64,000 nucleotides of DNA from Marispirochaeta sp. (GCA_963676835.2 CAXXFF010000001.1:64001-128000), one strand, 5' to 3'; shown: positions 19,306 through 28,117, numbered from the stretch's first letter. The notes: generated by a model from the sequence alone, not told the origin. Numbers and translations: made by a program.

Positions 19306-19611
19306 TCAAAACAGGCCCATCTGTTCATAGTGCCTTCGGTTCTTAGGTAATTCATCCATGTCCTCAGACCATCCTTCTTCATGCAGATCATCAACAATGT
19401 GCTGCAGTGCTGCAGCCCTGGACTCTTCGCCAAAGATTTTTACTGCTTCTTCAATACCGGAGAGATGATGCCGTACCTTTCGATGCCGCATTCCATATTC
19501 TTTGGAACCGGCGAATTCATCCAGCCATACATGTATTTCCGTATAGGGTTTGCCGAATTGTTCGATGCTGTGTTTTTCATGGTCAGAGAGCTTAATAATC
19601 AACCTCCACAA
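19306..19611 (-). CDS. His-rich small protein, probable metal-binding hydrolase-like family; start uncertain
   Basis: H..S...FG....IHVWLDE...RHRKVRHH...QHIVDDL; best RBS (GGAGG) precedes ATT at 19596, not ATG. Confidence 0.7.
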   Translation of the reverse strand: MWRLIIKLSDHEKHSIEQFGKPYTEIHVWLDEFAGSKEYGMRHRKVRHHLSGIEEAVKIFGEESRAAALQHIVDDLHEEGWSEDMDELPKNRRHYEQMGLF

Positions 19612-19658
19612 AGGTGTGATCCTCTAATACAAATCATTTTTAGTTTATTCACAGGTAT

Positions 19659-19675
19659 ACGACATAAATTGTCGC
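19659..19675. promoter_or_regulatory. Candidate WYL operator 2
   Basis: ACGACA-TAAAT-TGTCGC; TACTAT 11 bp to the right, TAAACT 11 bp to the left on the minus strand. Confidence 0.78.
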
Positions 19676-19742
19676 GGTCAGGGAATTACTATCTTTTTAT
19701 GAATATTGAATCATTCGAGAAAATGATGGTAGCGTTGCATAT

Positions 19743-20207
19743 ATGAAAACAGTTTTTAAACGAAAAAGACTACCCTACCATGGAGCCGGAGTGTTGATCT
19801 GGCGTGAAGGTAATAATGGTATTCCTGAAATCCTGTTAGGCAAACGATCACAGAATGTCGGACATGGAGCCGGGAAATGGAGTACTTTCGGCGGCAAACA
19901 GGAGCGCCACGAAAGCGTTTACCGGTGCGCTATGCGGGAAGCAGCGGAAGAGACCGGCCTGCAATCTGAGGTTCTATTGGATCAGGAATTCTTTATCTTC
20001 AACCCGCGACCTTTTAAGAAAAGGACTATCCCTTTTGTCTATTCATTTACCTACTACTCCTGCGAAGCTATAAAGGCGCCGAAGGGATGGCCGCGCAAAA
20101 ACCGGGAACACACTGAAATAGGCTGGTTTTCTGTACAGCAACTGCCGGAGCCGCTTCACAGGGAAGCTCGGAGGGTAATAAAACGATGGATAAGAAACAA
20201 CAAATAA
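19743..20207 (+). CDS. Nudix hydrolase
   Basis: GGKQERHESVYRCAMREAAEETG Nudix box. Confidence 0.92.
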   Translation: MKTVFKRKRLPYHGAGVLIWREGNNGIPEILLGKRSQNVGHGAGKWSTFGGKQERHESVYRCAMREAAEETGLQSEVLLDQEFFIFNPRPFKKRTIPFVYSFTYYSCEAIKAPKGWPRKNREHTEIGWFSVQQLPEPLHREARRVIKRWIRNNK

Positions 20208-21139
20208 AAGGCGGCATCCTTGGACTTGCTGTCGGTGATGCCCTGGGGGTACCGGTAGAGTTCAGCAGCAGAGAAGCGCGTGACATGGCCCCGGTTACGA
20301 CCATGCAGGGATGGGGTACTCACAATCAACCGCCGGGGACCTGGTCGGATGATACATCCATGGCACTTTGCGTACTTGAGTCAATTATCGAAAATGAATG
20401 GGACTTTGAGGACCAAGGAGAGCGTTTTACTCGCTGGCTTGATAATGCTCATCTTACTGCGCACGATGAAGTGTTTGATGTCGGGATTGCAACAACCAAA
20501 GCGATAAATCGGCTCCGCACCGGAACGCCGGCGGCTCAGGCCGGAGGCGACAGCGAATATTCCAACGGGAACGGTTCCTTAATGCGGAATCTTCCCGCCG
20601 CCATCTATTGTTCCCTTTCTGTAACAGATGAAGAGCTGGTGACTATGATCGGCGAGTCCTCATCCATTACCCATGCCCATCCCCGCAGCCGACTGGGTTG
20701 TATTATCCATGCTATTATTGTATCAGAGCTGCTTCAGAGCAGGGATATTATGCAGGCTGTCGAACAGTCCCGAAAGCGCCTGGATGTTCTCATAGAGCGT
20801 AATATTCTGATGGATGATCTGAAACAGGAACTTTCGGCATATGGTCGCCTGCTAAATAGCAATATCCATATTCTTGAACGCCATGAGATTTCATCATCAG
20901 GCTACGTTGTCTCCACGCTGGAAGCGGCTGTCTGGTGCCTGGCAACCAGCAGTTCCTTTGAAGAGTGCCTGTTAAAGGCAGTCAATCTGGGAGATGACAC
21001 CGATACCGTAGGAGCCGTTGCCGGGGGGCTTGCCGGGCTCTATTGGGGAATAGAGGGTATTCCGGCAGAATGGCTTGAGGCTTTGGCAAAGGGCGAGATA
21101 ATTTTCTCAATGGTTGAGTGGTTTATCGGGTTGGTTTAG
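20186..21139 (+). CDS. ADP-ribosylglycohydrolase (DraG/ARH family)
   Basis: GDALGVPVEF, WSDDTSM, GNGSLMR, SITH, AVNLGDDTDT. Confidence 0.95.
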   Translation: MDKKQQIKGGILGLAVGDALGVPVEFSSREARDMAPVTTMQGWGTHNQPPGTWSDDTSMALCVLESIIENEWDFEDQGERFTRWLDNAHLTAHDEVFDVGIATTKAINRLRTGTPAAQAGGDSEYSNGNGSLMRNLPAAIYCSLSVTDEELVTMIGESSSITHAHPRSRLGCIIHAIIVSELLQSRDIMQAVEQSRKRLDVLIERNILMDDLKQELSAYGRLLNSNIHILERHEISSSGYVVSTLEAAVWCLATSSSFEECLLKAVNLGDDTDTVGAVAGGLAGLYWGIEGIPAEWLEALAKGEIIFSMVEWFIGLV

Positions 21140-21406
21140 CAGTTTTTCAGGGTTCCCCACCCTTGCGAACAGTCTGTCTGCTAAAGTAATTGCAGGCAGC
21201 TTTCATTCTGCAGACCGGTCCGCAGTTCGGGCGGAAGATTCGTTTGTACTCTTCAACTGTGTAGACACTGAAGTTCACATCAGTAATGTCCCACGAATTA
21301 TACAGCTTCTTATAATTCCCGCCGCTATACACTTTTTTGGCTCTTCGGACTTTCCGGTTTGCCATTTGTTTATGCAGCTTCCTTCCTCTTTGTTTAGGGA
21401 ATTTGA
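20645..21406. repeat. Direct repeat copy 1 (762 bp) of 24106-24867
   Basis: Colinear at constant offset 3461 bp, scattered substitutions; covers ARH 3' half and small convergent ORF. Confidence 0.95.
21147..21365 (-). CDS. Small basic hypothetical protein, copy 1 (5' region cut by primase fragment)
   Basis: MANRKVRRAKK..GGNYKKLYNSWDI; near-identical to 24608-24826. Confidence 0.55.
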   Translation of the reverse strand: MANRKVRRAKKVYSGGNYKKLYNSWDITDVNFSVYTVEEYKRIFRPNCGPVCRMKAACNYFSRQTVRKGGEP

Positions 21407-21990
21407 TGGCTGAAAGTCTTGATTCAGGAATACAGAATGATTTTTCTCCCTGGCTCTTTTCTGCAATGGGAGAGCAATGAGATTCCCGGATCCTCCCTTG
21501 GGGAGGGTATCCTGATTGGGAAAGAAACGGTCGAATGAGTCCAGCCCTATTTCCGGTCGCTGGTCCAGGGATTTCGTTAATAAGGCGGATCCCAGACTCC
21601 GAGCCAGCCGGGCCGAAACGACTTCATCAAAGAAGATCCAGATATGTCCGCCGTTGCCGGATCTCGACCGTTCCAGATAGGCCGGGATTCCTTCTGTCTC
21701 ACAGGTTTTCATAAAAGCCGCTGTATCCTGCTCCCAATTCTCTTTGTCAAAATCCAAAGCCAGGAAATAACAGGTTTCATCCGGTAGAAGCGGATAAATC
21801 CCCATAACAAAGGGCTGAGGTTCCCCTTTTGGATAGGTGGATGGAGATTCTCCTTTCAGATGATAGGATATGATTTCGTTTGTTACGGGCAGAAACTGTC
21901 TATTGGAACAGACGGCACATTTTACTTCCGGTTTTCCACAAAGCCCCGGCTGCCATTCGTTTATACGGGGCGTTTTGGCCGGCTTCTTTT
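21407..21990 (-). pseudogene. Internal fragment of an archaeo-eukaryotic-primase (TOTE-type) domain gene
   Basis: GIYPLL.DETCYFLALDFD, ERSRSGNGGHIWIFF, SFDRFFPNQD..PKGG.GNLIALPLQ; no own start, ends at the repeat junction without the usual helicase part. Confidence 0.75.
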
Positions 21991-22004
21991 CTTCAACATC
22001 ACTT

Positions 22005-22535
22005 CTATTCTTCTTCTGCGTCCTCATAATGTTCATATACAAGACTCGCGATTTCATCATGAAACCCCCAGCCTATGCCTTCGGTTTCATCTATAAAACC
22101 GAAACACTGATCCTTGTATTTCTTCAGCAGGTCATTTTCACTTATATGCACAAGAAACCGTTCCAATGATTTTACAATATTTTCGTAAAACCGTTCATCA
22201 ATGTCTCCGTATTCATTGGTAAAATCTATTCCGCATCTGACATGTGTAAAAAGAAGTTCTGCCATGTAACCGGAATCTTTTGATATTTTATTGAATTTTG
22301 TAATGGCCTCTCGGATATTAGCATACCGAAGCTTACCTAATCCCTTTTCAGGGAAGAATTCATCGATAATCTGCTTTTTGTATTTCTGAAAGATAATATC
22401 AGGATTTGTATAACCGTAGCTCTCATCAAGAATTTCTTTGGCAAGTGGGACTTTTCTGTATAAATCTATGATTATTGCCATCAATTCGTTTTTTTGCATG
22501 GAGTTTATTTCTTTCTTTAATTCTCTTATTCCCAT
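22005..22535 (-). CDS. Hypothetical alpha-helical protein (DUF6155-like)
   Basis: YKKQIIDEFFP, FTNEYGDIDERFY, GIGWGFHD pattern. Confidence 0.7.
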   Translation of the reverse strand: MGIRELKKEINSMQKNELMAIIIDLYRKVPLAKEILDESYGYTNPDIIFQKYKKQIIDEFFPEKGLGKLRYANIREAITKFNKISKDSGYMAELLFTHVRCGIDFTNEYGDIDERFYENIVKSLERFLVHISENDLLKKYKDQCFGFIDETEGIGWGFHDEIASLVYEHYEDAEEE

Positions 22536-22536
22536 T

Positions 22537-23601
22537 TTATTCCTTTTCAGCCTTCTTTTTTTCTATCATCTTTTTGATTTCCTTATCGAAATCAGATTCG
22601 ATCTTCTGGATTTTATTAAATTCATCATACTCGGAATAGGCTTTTTTCTCAGCAATTCTGTGAGAAACAGATCCTTTCCCTTCAAGAATCCTGTACTCAT
22701 TAAAATCAAGGAATTTGTTCACTGATTCTGTTAAAGATTCCATGGTAAAAGTAGTTCTGTTTTCGATAAGCCGTTCAATATAATCAAAATAACCGGTTAT
22801 AGCCCGTTCCAGCTTTTTAATCTCATCTTCTTTAAGGTAATTCTTTGCAACAACTGTGTCAGATTTGAGGATACGCCCGTCAGGAGCATTCTTCCATGTT
22901 GTCATTCCCATAAAAGGCTTGTCTTTATCGGCTTTAGAATGCACAATTTCTGCAGATGTCTGGCCAGTAATTGCGAAATGAAATTTATTCTGGATCATTG
23001 CATAGAATGATTTAGTAATATCCGATTTCGGGTCATAGTCAATGGTACATTCAGCAAAAATATCAGTAATCTGCTGATATATTCGCCTTTCACTGCTGCG
23101 AATTGAGCGGACTCTTTCAAGTAACTCTTGGAAATAATCCTGACCAAAGAAACGGCCGTTCTTTAGCCGTTCATCATCCATAACAAAACCTTTGATAATA
23201 TATTCCTTTAGGGTGTTAGTCGCCCAAATACGGAATTGTGTGGCTTGTCGAGAATTTACTCTATAACCCACAGAAAGCACAGCATCAAGATTAAAGTATT
23301 TGACTAGTTTTTTTTGAGTTTTACCCTCTATTGCACCATGCTGAGTGGTATTTTCCAAAATGGAAACAACCACTTTTTCATCAAGTTCCCCACTTTCAAA
23401 AATGTTCTTCAGGTGTTTAGATATAGCGGCTATACCAACTCCGAACAGTTCGGCCATTCGCTTTTGAGTCAACCAGATCGTCTCATTATTGAGAAAGACT
23501 TCTACCTTTACATTTCCGTCGTCAGCGGTATATAACAGGAATTCAGTAAGTTCGTCTCTTGTAGAGAGTGGCTTTTTTCGTTCTTTACCCATCAGATACA
23601 A
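22537..23601 (-). CDS. rhuM: RhuM-family (virulence RhuM) protein
   Basis: ETIWLTQKRMAELFG, YFNLDAVLSVGYRVNS..ATQFRIWAT, DYFQELLERVRSIRSSERR. Confidence 0.92.
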   Translation of the reverse strand: MYLMGKERKKPLSTRDELTEFLLYTADDGNVKVEVFLNNETIWLTQKRMAELFGVGIAAISKHLKNIFESGELDEKVVVSILENTTQHGAIEGKTQKKLVKYFNLDAVLSVGYRVNSRQATQFRIWATNTLKEYIIKGFVMDDERLKNGRFFGQDYFQELLERVRSIRSSERRIYQQITDIFAECTIDYDPKSDITKSFYAMIQNKFHFAITGQTSAEIVHSKADKDKPFMGMTTWKNAPDGRILKSDTVVAKNYLKEDEIKKLERAITGYFDYIERLIENRTTFTMESLTESVNKFLDFNEYRILEGKGSVSHRIAEKKAYSEYDEFNKIQKIESDFDKEIKKMIEKKKAEKE

Positions 23602-23861
23602 CCTCCTGAACAGGATCCTATGGTGATGTTATTATGTTGAACTGTTTCCATTTTAGAAATAGTTGCTTCCCGGTTGAGTTGCCCCTCTTCGAATATGTTT
23701 TTCAAGTGCTTTGATATTGCGGAAACATTAACCCCGAAAAGTTCAGCCATTGCATTCTGGTGGTGCCAGATAGTTTCATTTTGTAAGATAGTATCGACTT
23801 TGTTGTCGCCTTCCGGGGTGGTGTACAGGAGTATTTGGGATTGGGTGGAATGTTCCTTCAT
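23592..23861 (-). pseudogene. Truncated second RhuM N-terminus
   Basis: ILLYTTPEG...NETIW...MAELFGV..SAISKHLKNIFEEG.L..EATISKMETV then similarity stops. Confidence 0.8.
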
Positions 23862-24105
23862 GGATTCTTTTCCTATTGCCCTTCACTTTCCTTAATCACT
23901 TTGCTTAGCACGGCACGGACTTGGTGCGATTCGATAAGCACCAATGGATTCCTGGGCGCGGGGATTGTAAGACTGTATTTGTTTATTTATATCATATATT
24001 TAACCAGATAGACACGGAGTTGCCTATAATGTTCCGCGAATATACGAGGTTGGCAGAAGGCAAATTTGGTTAAAGTAAAGCAGATCGGATGACAATCTGG
24101 CAACG

Positions 24106-24600
24106 ATGATCAGCGAGACTTCATCCATTATTCACGGCCAGCCCCGCAGCCGGATGGGTTGTATTATCCATTCTTTTATTGTATCAGAACTGCTTCAGAG
24201 CAGGGATATTATGCAGGCTGTCGAGCAGTCCCGAAAGCGCCTGGATGTTCTCAAAGAGCGTAATATTCTGATGAATGATCTGCAACAGGAACTTTCGGCA
24301 TATGGTCGCCTGCTAAATAGCAATATCGATATTCTTGAACGCCATGAGATTTCATCATCAGGCTACGTTGTCTCCACACTGGAAGCGGCTGTCTGGTGCC
24401 TTGCTACCAGCGGTTCCTTTGAAGAATGCCTGTTAAAGGCAGTCAATCTGGGAGATGACACCGATACCGTAGGAGCCGTTGCCGGGGGGCTTGCCGGGCT
24501 CTATTGGGGAATAGAGGGTATTCCGGCAGAATGGCTTGAGGCTTTGGCTAAGGGCGAGATGATTTTCTCAATGGTTGAGAGGTTTATCGGGTTGGTTTAG
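24106..24600 (+). pseudogene. 5'-truncated ADP-ribosylglycohydrolase copy
   Basis: C-terminal 164 aa near-identical to 20186-21139; N-terminal catalytic motifs absent. Confidence 0.9.
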
Positions 24601-24607
24601 CAGTTTT

Positions 24608-24826
24608 TCAGGGTTCCCCACCCTTGCGAACAGTCTGTCTGCTAAAGTAATTGCAGGCAGCTTTCATTCTGCAGACCGGGCCGCAATTCGGGCGGAAGAT
24701 TCGTTTGTACTCTTCAACGGTGTAGACACAGAAGTTCACATCAGTAATGTCCCACGAATTATACAGCTTCTTATAATTCCCGCCGCTATAACCTTTTTTG
24801 GCTCTTCGGACTTTCCGGTTTGCCAT
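24608..24826 (-). CDS. Small basic hypothetical protein, copy 2 (frame extends upstream to a TGA near 24914)
   Basis: Upstream in-frame SKTWKKYPSVKFPKQRGRKLQKQ lacks an ATG; AAGGAGG-ATG at 24943 is in frame but hits TGA at codon 10. Confidence 0.55.
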   Translation of the reverse strand: MANRKVRRAKKGYSGGNYKKLYNSWDITDVNFCVYTVEEYKRIFRPNCGPVCRMKAACNYFSRQTVRKGGEP

Positions 24827-24997
24827 TTGTTTTTGCAGCTTCCTTCCTCTTTGTTTAGGGAATTTGACAGATGGGTATTTTTTCCAGGTCTTGCTGTTTT
24901 TTCTAACTCCGTATCAGGTTGTTAGAAACAGGGCATATTTCATGCAGGACCTCCTTTGTGGGTTTGTTTGCTATGATTGGATGGTAGCATTTTTAGG

Positions 24998-25014
24998 GCG
25001 TCATGGGATGTCGC
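24998..25014. promoter_or_regulatory. Candidate WYL operator 3
   Basis: GCGTCA-TGGGA-TGTCGC; on the minus strand TACCAT lies 11 bp downstream, then AAGGAGG-ATG. Confidence 0.7.
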
Positions 25015-25262
25015 TGGTTATGAATGAATTCTCTATAGTGGTACGGTTTATAGGACTATGTCGCAGGTATGAAGTATTCCTGATAGATATTCTTGTACCA
25101 ATACGAGGCATAACTTGATACCCACTTATATCAAGTAAATAGAAAAAATAGGCGAAAACACCTAAAGTGCGTCACACCTTGCCATCAACACAAAACTACA
25201 CCACATATAGTGCCTACACCCAGAATAGCCCAATGATGCGCAAATGGGCGAAAACACAGTAT

Positions 25263-25840
25263 CTATTCGCTAGATACACTCCAAAACGGAACATACGATG
25301 TATCCCTTCTTGATTCGGATAAGCTAGAGTTGATTATCAGTCCAGCTCCAACCGTAGAGTTAATCACCCTGGTCACGATCGATCCTTTATCTTCTGGTAG
25401 TCCAAACCGCTCTCGTAAGCTTTTATTTGTCATCTTCTCTCTATTCACAAACTGTAGACATGCATGAAGGTAACAAGCCCGGATGCGGTCATCTTTGTTC
25501 ATTTCATCAAAATCTAAAGGCGCAAACAAGGTTGCCTTTGTAAAACCATTCGGGATTTCAAATAATGGTGCTGGTAACTGGAAAAGCTCCGTTTGGTAAA
25601 CAACCTTATCTATTCCACTTCCGCGCTCTTCACAAATCCCGAAACGCCTCATCAAGGAGGCCAACTTCTCGTTTCGTGATTTAGGCGGACTATCAAGAAA
25701 TCGTTGAGTCTCTATCAAGGGACTACCAGGATTGGTTATCTCAATACGATCATCAAATATTTCGATCATAGGTCCTGTCCCATGCTCAAAGAAATCTTGA
25801 TGAATAACAGCATTTGCAATCAATTCTCTCACTGCCAATT
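25263..25840 (-). pseudogene. C-terminal fragment of an ATP-binding/RecG-C-terminal-like (HATPase_c_4) regulator, cut by IS3
   Basis: AVRELIANAVIHQDF, DDRIEITNPG, SRNEKLA..MRR.GICEERGSG; frame begins at the IS end. Confidence 0.85.
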
Positions 25841-25897
25841 TGGAATTCCCCCAAAATTGTCGACACCTGTTATGCTTAGAATCTAAGGAGAAATCAG

Positions 25898-26185
25898 GTG
25901 TCTAAGAGTCCATATTCGGAAGAATTTAAGGCAGAAACTATCAAGCAAATCATGGAAGAAGGCGTTGGCGTTTTGGCTGTTGCCAAGGCAACCGGTGTTA
26001 GCGACGTCACCTTATACAAGTGGCTCAAAGTTGCCGGGTGGAAATCAGGCGAGTCAAAAGACAAAAAGAAAATTACTGAAGCTGACCAGGAAATAAAGGC
26101 GCTTAAGGCAGAGCTTAAGCAGGTCAAAATGGAGCGTGACATCCTAAAAAAGGCCGCAGCGTACTTTGCCGGGGAGTCCCTGTAA
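25898..26185 (+). CDS. IS3 transposase OrfA
   Basis: YSEEFKAE, HTH, ERDILKKAAAYF; AAAAAAG slippery site at 26146-26152. Confidence 0.93.
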   Translation: MSKSPYSEEFKAETIKQIMEEGVGVLAVAKATGVSDVTLYKWLKVAGWKSGESKDKKKITEADQEIKALKAELKQVKMERDILKKAAAYFAGESL

Positions 26186-26223
26186 AGTACGCATTTATCA
26201 AAGAACATCGTAGCACTTACCCG

Positions 26224-27042
26224 GTGCGACAGATGTGCAGGGCCATGAAAGTCCATCCATCAGGCTTCTATCGGTGGATTAAGAACCCAGAATCCAAACG
26301 AGCCATCCAAAACCGGGTAATAACCCAAGAGATCCGCCATTATTGGGAAGAAAGTGGAGGCACTTACGGAAGTCCCAATATTCATCAGGATTTCAAGGAG
26401 GCTGGCTATTCTTACAGTGTTAACCGTATTGCGCGACTTATGAAAGAAGCAGGTATACAGGGTGCTCACCGCCGCAAAAAGCATCCTTACATTCCTCCAG
26501 AAGGACCTGTACACAGTCTTAATCAGCTCAATCGTGAGTTCACTGTTAGCGATCCTAATCGTGTCTGGTGTATCGACATAACATATATTCGAACCTGTGA
26601 GGGCTGGCTGTACCTGGCAGTTGTCATAGATCTGTTCAGCAGGCGAATAGTTGGATGGTCTATGAAGAGTAACCAGAAAACAGCCTTGGTCATGGATGCT
26701 TTGTTTATGGCAGTCAAACGAAGACGGCCAAAACAGACAGTTCTAATTCACTCCGATCAAGGTACCCAGTTCACCAGCTATGAATGGGATAGCTTCTGTG
26801 AGTTCCACAATTTGGATCCGAGTATGAGTCGAAGAGGCAATTGCTGGGATAATGCCGTTGTTGAATCCTTCTTCTCCAGCTTGAAAAAAGAACGGGTAAA
26901 GAAAAAAATCTACAAAAACAGGGAGGTAGCACGCAAAGATATTTTCAATTACATAGAGTTATTTTACAATCCTAAAAGGCGGCATAGCCATTTGGACCGT
27001 CGAAGTCCGGCTCAATTCGAAGCTATGTATTTAACCCCGTAA
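26224..27042 (+). CDS. IS3 transposase OrfB (DDE)
   Basis: WCIDITYI, HSDQGTQF, GNCWDNAVVESFF, YNPKRRHS. Confidence 0.95.
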   Translation: MRQMCRAMKVHPSGFYRWIKNPESKRAIQNRVITQEIRHYWEESGGTYGSPNIHQDFKEAGYSYSVNRIARLMKEAGIQGAHRRKKHPYIPPEGPVHSLNQLNREFTVSDPNRVWCIDITYIRTCEGWLYLAVVIDLFSRRIVGWSMKSNQKTALVMDALFMAVKRRRPKQTVLIHSDQGTQFTSYEWDSFCEFHNLDPSMSRRGNCWDNAVVESFFSSLKKERVKKKIYKNREVARKDIFNYIELFYNPKRRHSHLDRRSPAQFEAMYLTP

Positions 27043-27103
27043 AGTGTCGACAGAATCGGGGGAATTCCATGCCGCATATTCGACATATGTTTAAACCAGA
27101 GCA

Positions 27104-27256
27104 TTACATGTCTCTCGTATAACGATTCTGTTCACCATTTCGGCAAACATTGCAAAGCCGCAGTTTGTCGTCCTTGCCGTCTTTGATACGAATAACAACC
27201 GCCCGACATTCCGGATTTGAGCAAATATACTTAATCAGATTCGGGTTATTTTTCAT
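27104..27256 (-). CDS. 50-aa zinc-ribbon-like protein (not in ORF track)
   Basis: MKNNPNLIKYICSNPEC...LCNVCRNGEQNRYTRDM*; overlaps upstream gene end. Confidence 0.55.
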   Translation of the reverse strand: MKNNPNLIKYICSNPECRAVVIRIKDGKDDKLRLCNVCRNGEQNRYTRDM

Positions 27257-27473
27257 GAGCCGGAATCCTCAATATGCCGGAGTCTATTAACTCCTGTAGT
27301 CGCTCTGCATCTGATAGCAATCGCTCCCGTTGGGAACGCTTATCTCTGCCCTCTTTTCGAGTGACCCATTCTTCAAATGCAATAAGCCCGAAAGCTGAGC
27401 GTAATTTTTCAGACGGAATATACCGTGCTGCCCTGTTCCATAGTTCGTCCGGTACCTGGAATTGAATTATCAA
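27246..27473 (-). CDS. Hypothetical protein (possible RHH-like DNA binder)
   Basis: GGAGG RBS; beta-strand-helix-helix pattern IIQFQVPDELW. Confidence 0.55.
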   Translation of the reverse strand: MIIQFQVPDELWNRAARYIPSEKLRSAFGLIAFEEWVTRKEGRDKRSQRERLLSDAERLQELIDSGILRIPAHEK

Positions 27474-27610
27474 AACGTCCTCCCTATCCGTTTTTTCGTA
27501 CTGCTTACCGGTACTTATTCGCTTTTCCTGTTTTCATTACAGGCCTGTACCGGATTACTTGCACACAGGGCTTATTGTTTGCCTGTCGTGCCTGTATTCT
27601 TCAATTTCTT

Positions 27611-28117
27611 CTATTGTTCCGGATTATTCTTCTTTTTCTTATGCGCACCTCCTTTCTCCCATCCGTATTTTAATGGGTTTTCCAAGATCCAAAGGTGACG
27701 CATGTTTGCAACATTCACGACATCACAATTCTTTGGATAGACTTCTATTGCATACTTATCACCACGACCCACCTGATCTTTAATTTGCTGAAGTTGTTCC
27801 CAGGTTAGCCGGTCAATATATTCAAGTTGAGTATTATATTCGGTACGACATATAGAGAGACGCTCAACATTCTCAGGTTCTTCGAAAACCTGTACTATAT
27901 ATTTTCTCGAATGCCAGACTTCTTTAAGGACTCGAGGTCCTTTCTTCCTCATAGCATCAGGCCATTCAGGTTTTGGTATTAAAGAAAGATTGTGTGGCCG
28001 AAGAGTATTTTCTCTACTGACAGCTTTCTTGTATTGTCTCCGTTGTTCACGGTTCATATTCTTTATGTTTGTTTTATTCTTCATTTTCTCTATCAACCTC
28101 CGATTCCCGGTTTTCAA
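27611..28117 (-). CDS. Phage-type hypothetical protein
   Basis: LTWEQLQQIK..VG.GD.YAIEVYP...VVNVANMRHLW pattern typical of a phage family. Confidence 0.75.
   Translation of the reverse strand: MKTGNRRLIEKMKNKTNIKNMNREQRRQYKKAVSRENTLRPHNLSLIPKPEWPDAMRKKGPRVLKEVWHSRKYIVQVFEEPENVERLSICRTEYNTQLEYIDRLTWEQLQQIKDQVGRGDKYAIEVYPKNCDVVNVANMRHLWILENPLKYGWEKGGAHKKKKNNPEQ

Larger units (their letters stand above)
24106..24867. repeat. Direct repeat copy 2 (762 bp) of 20645-21406
   Basis: Colinear near-identical sequence. Confidence 0.95.
25841..27069 (+). mobile_element. IS3-family insertion sequence (1229 bp)
   Basis: 26-bp imperfect terminal IRs TGGAATTCCCCC....TGTCGACAC, TG...CA ends, orfA/orfB, no target duplication. 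Confidence 0.96.

Noticed and set aside
21275..22060. Intact 261-aa primase gene
   Set aside because: Both ends of the ORF are read-through into neighbouring modules; only ~21407-21990 is primase-like
24018..24056. TTGCCTATAATGTTCCGCGAATATACGAGGTTGGC as a cassette (attC-like) recombination site
   Set aside because: Reminiscent of spirochaete cassette-boundary repeats but single copy, no clear dyad and no integron integrase in the window
25048..25064. Fourth WYL operator
   Set aside because: Only the TGTCGC half-site is present
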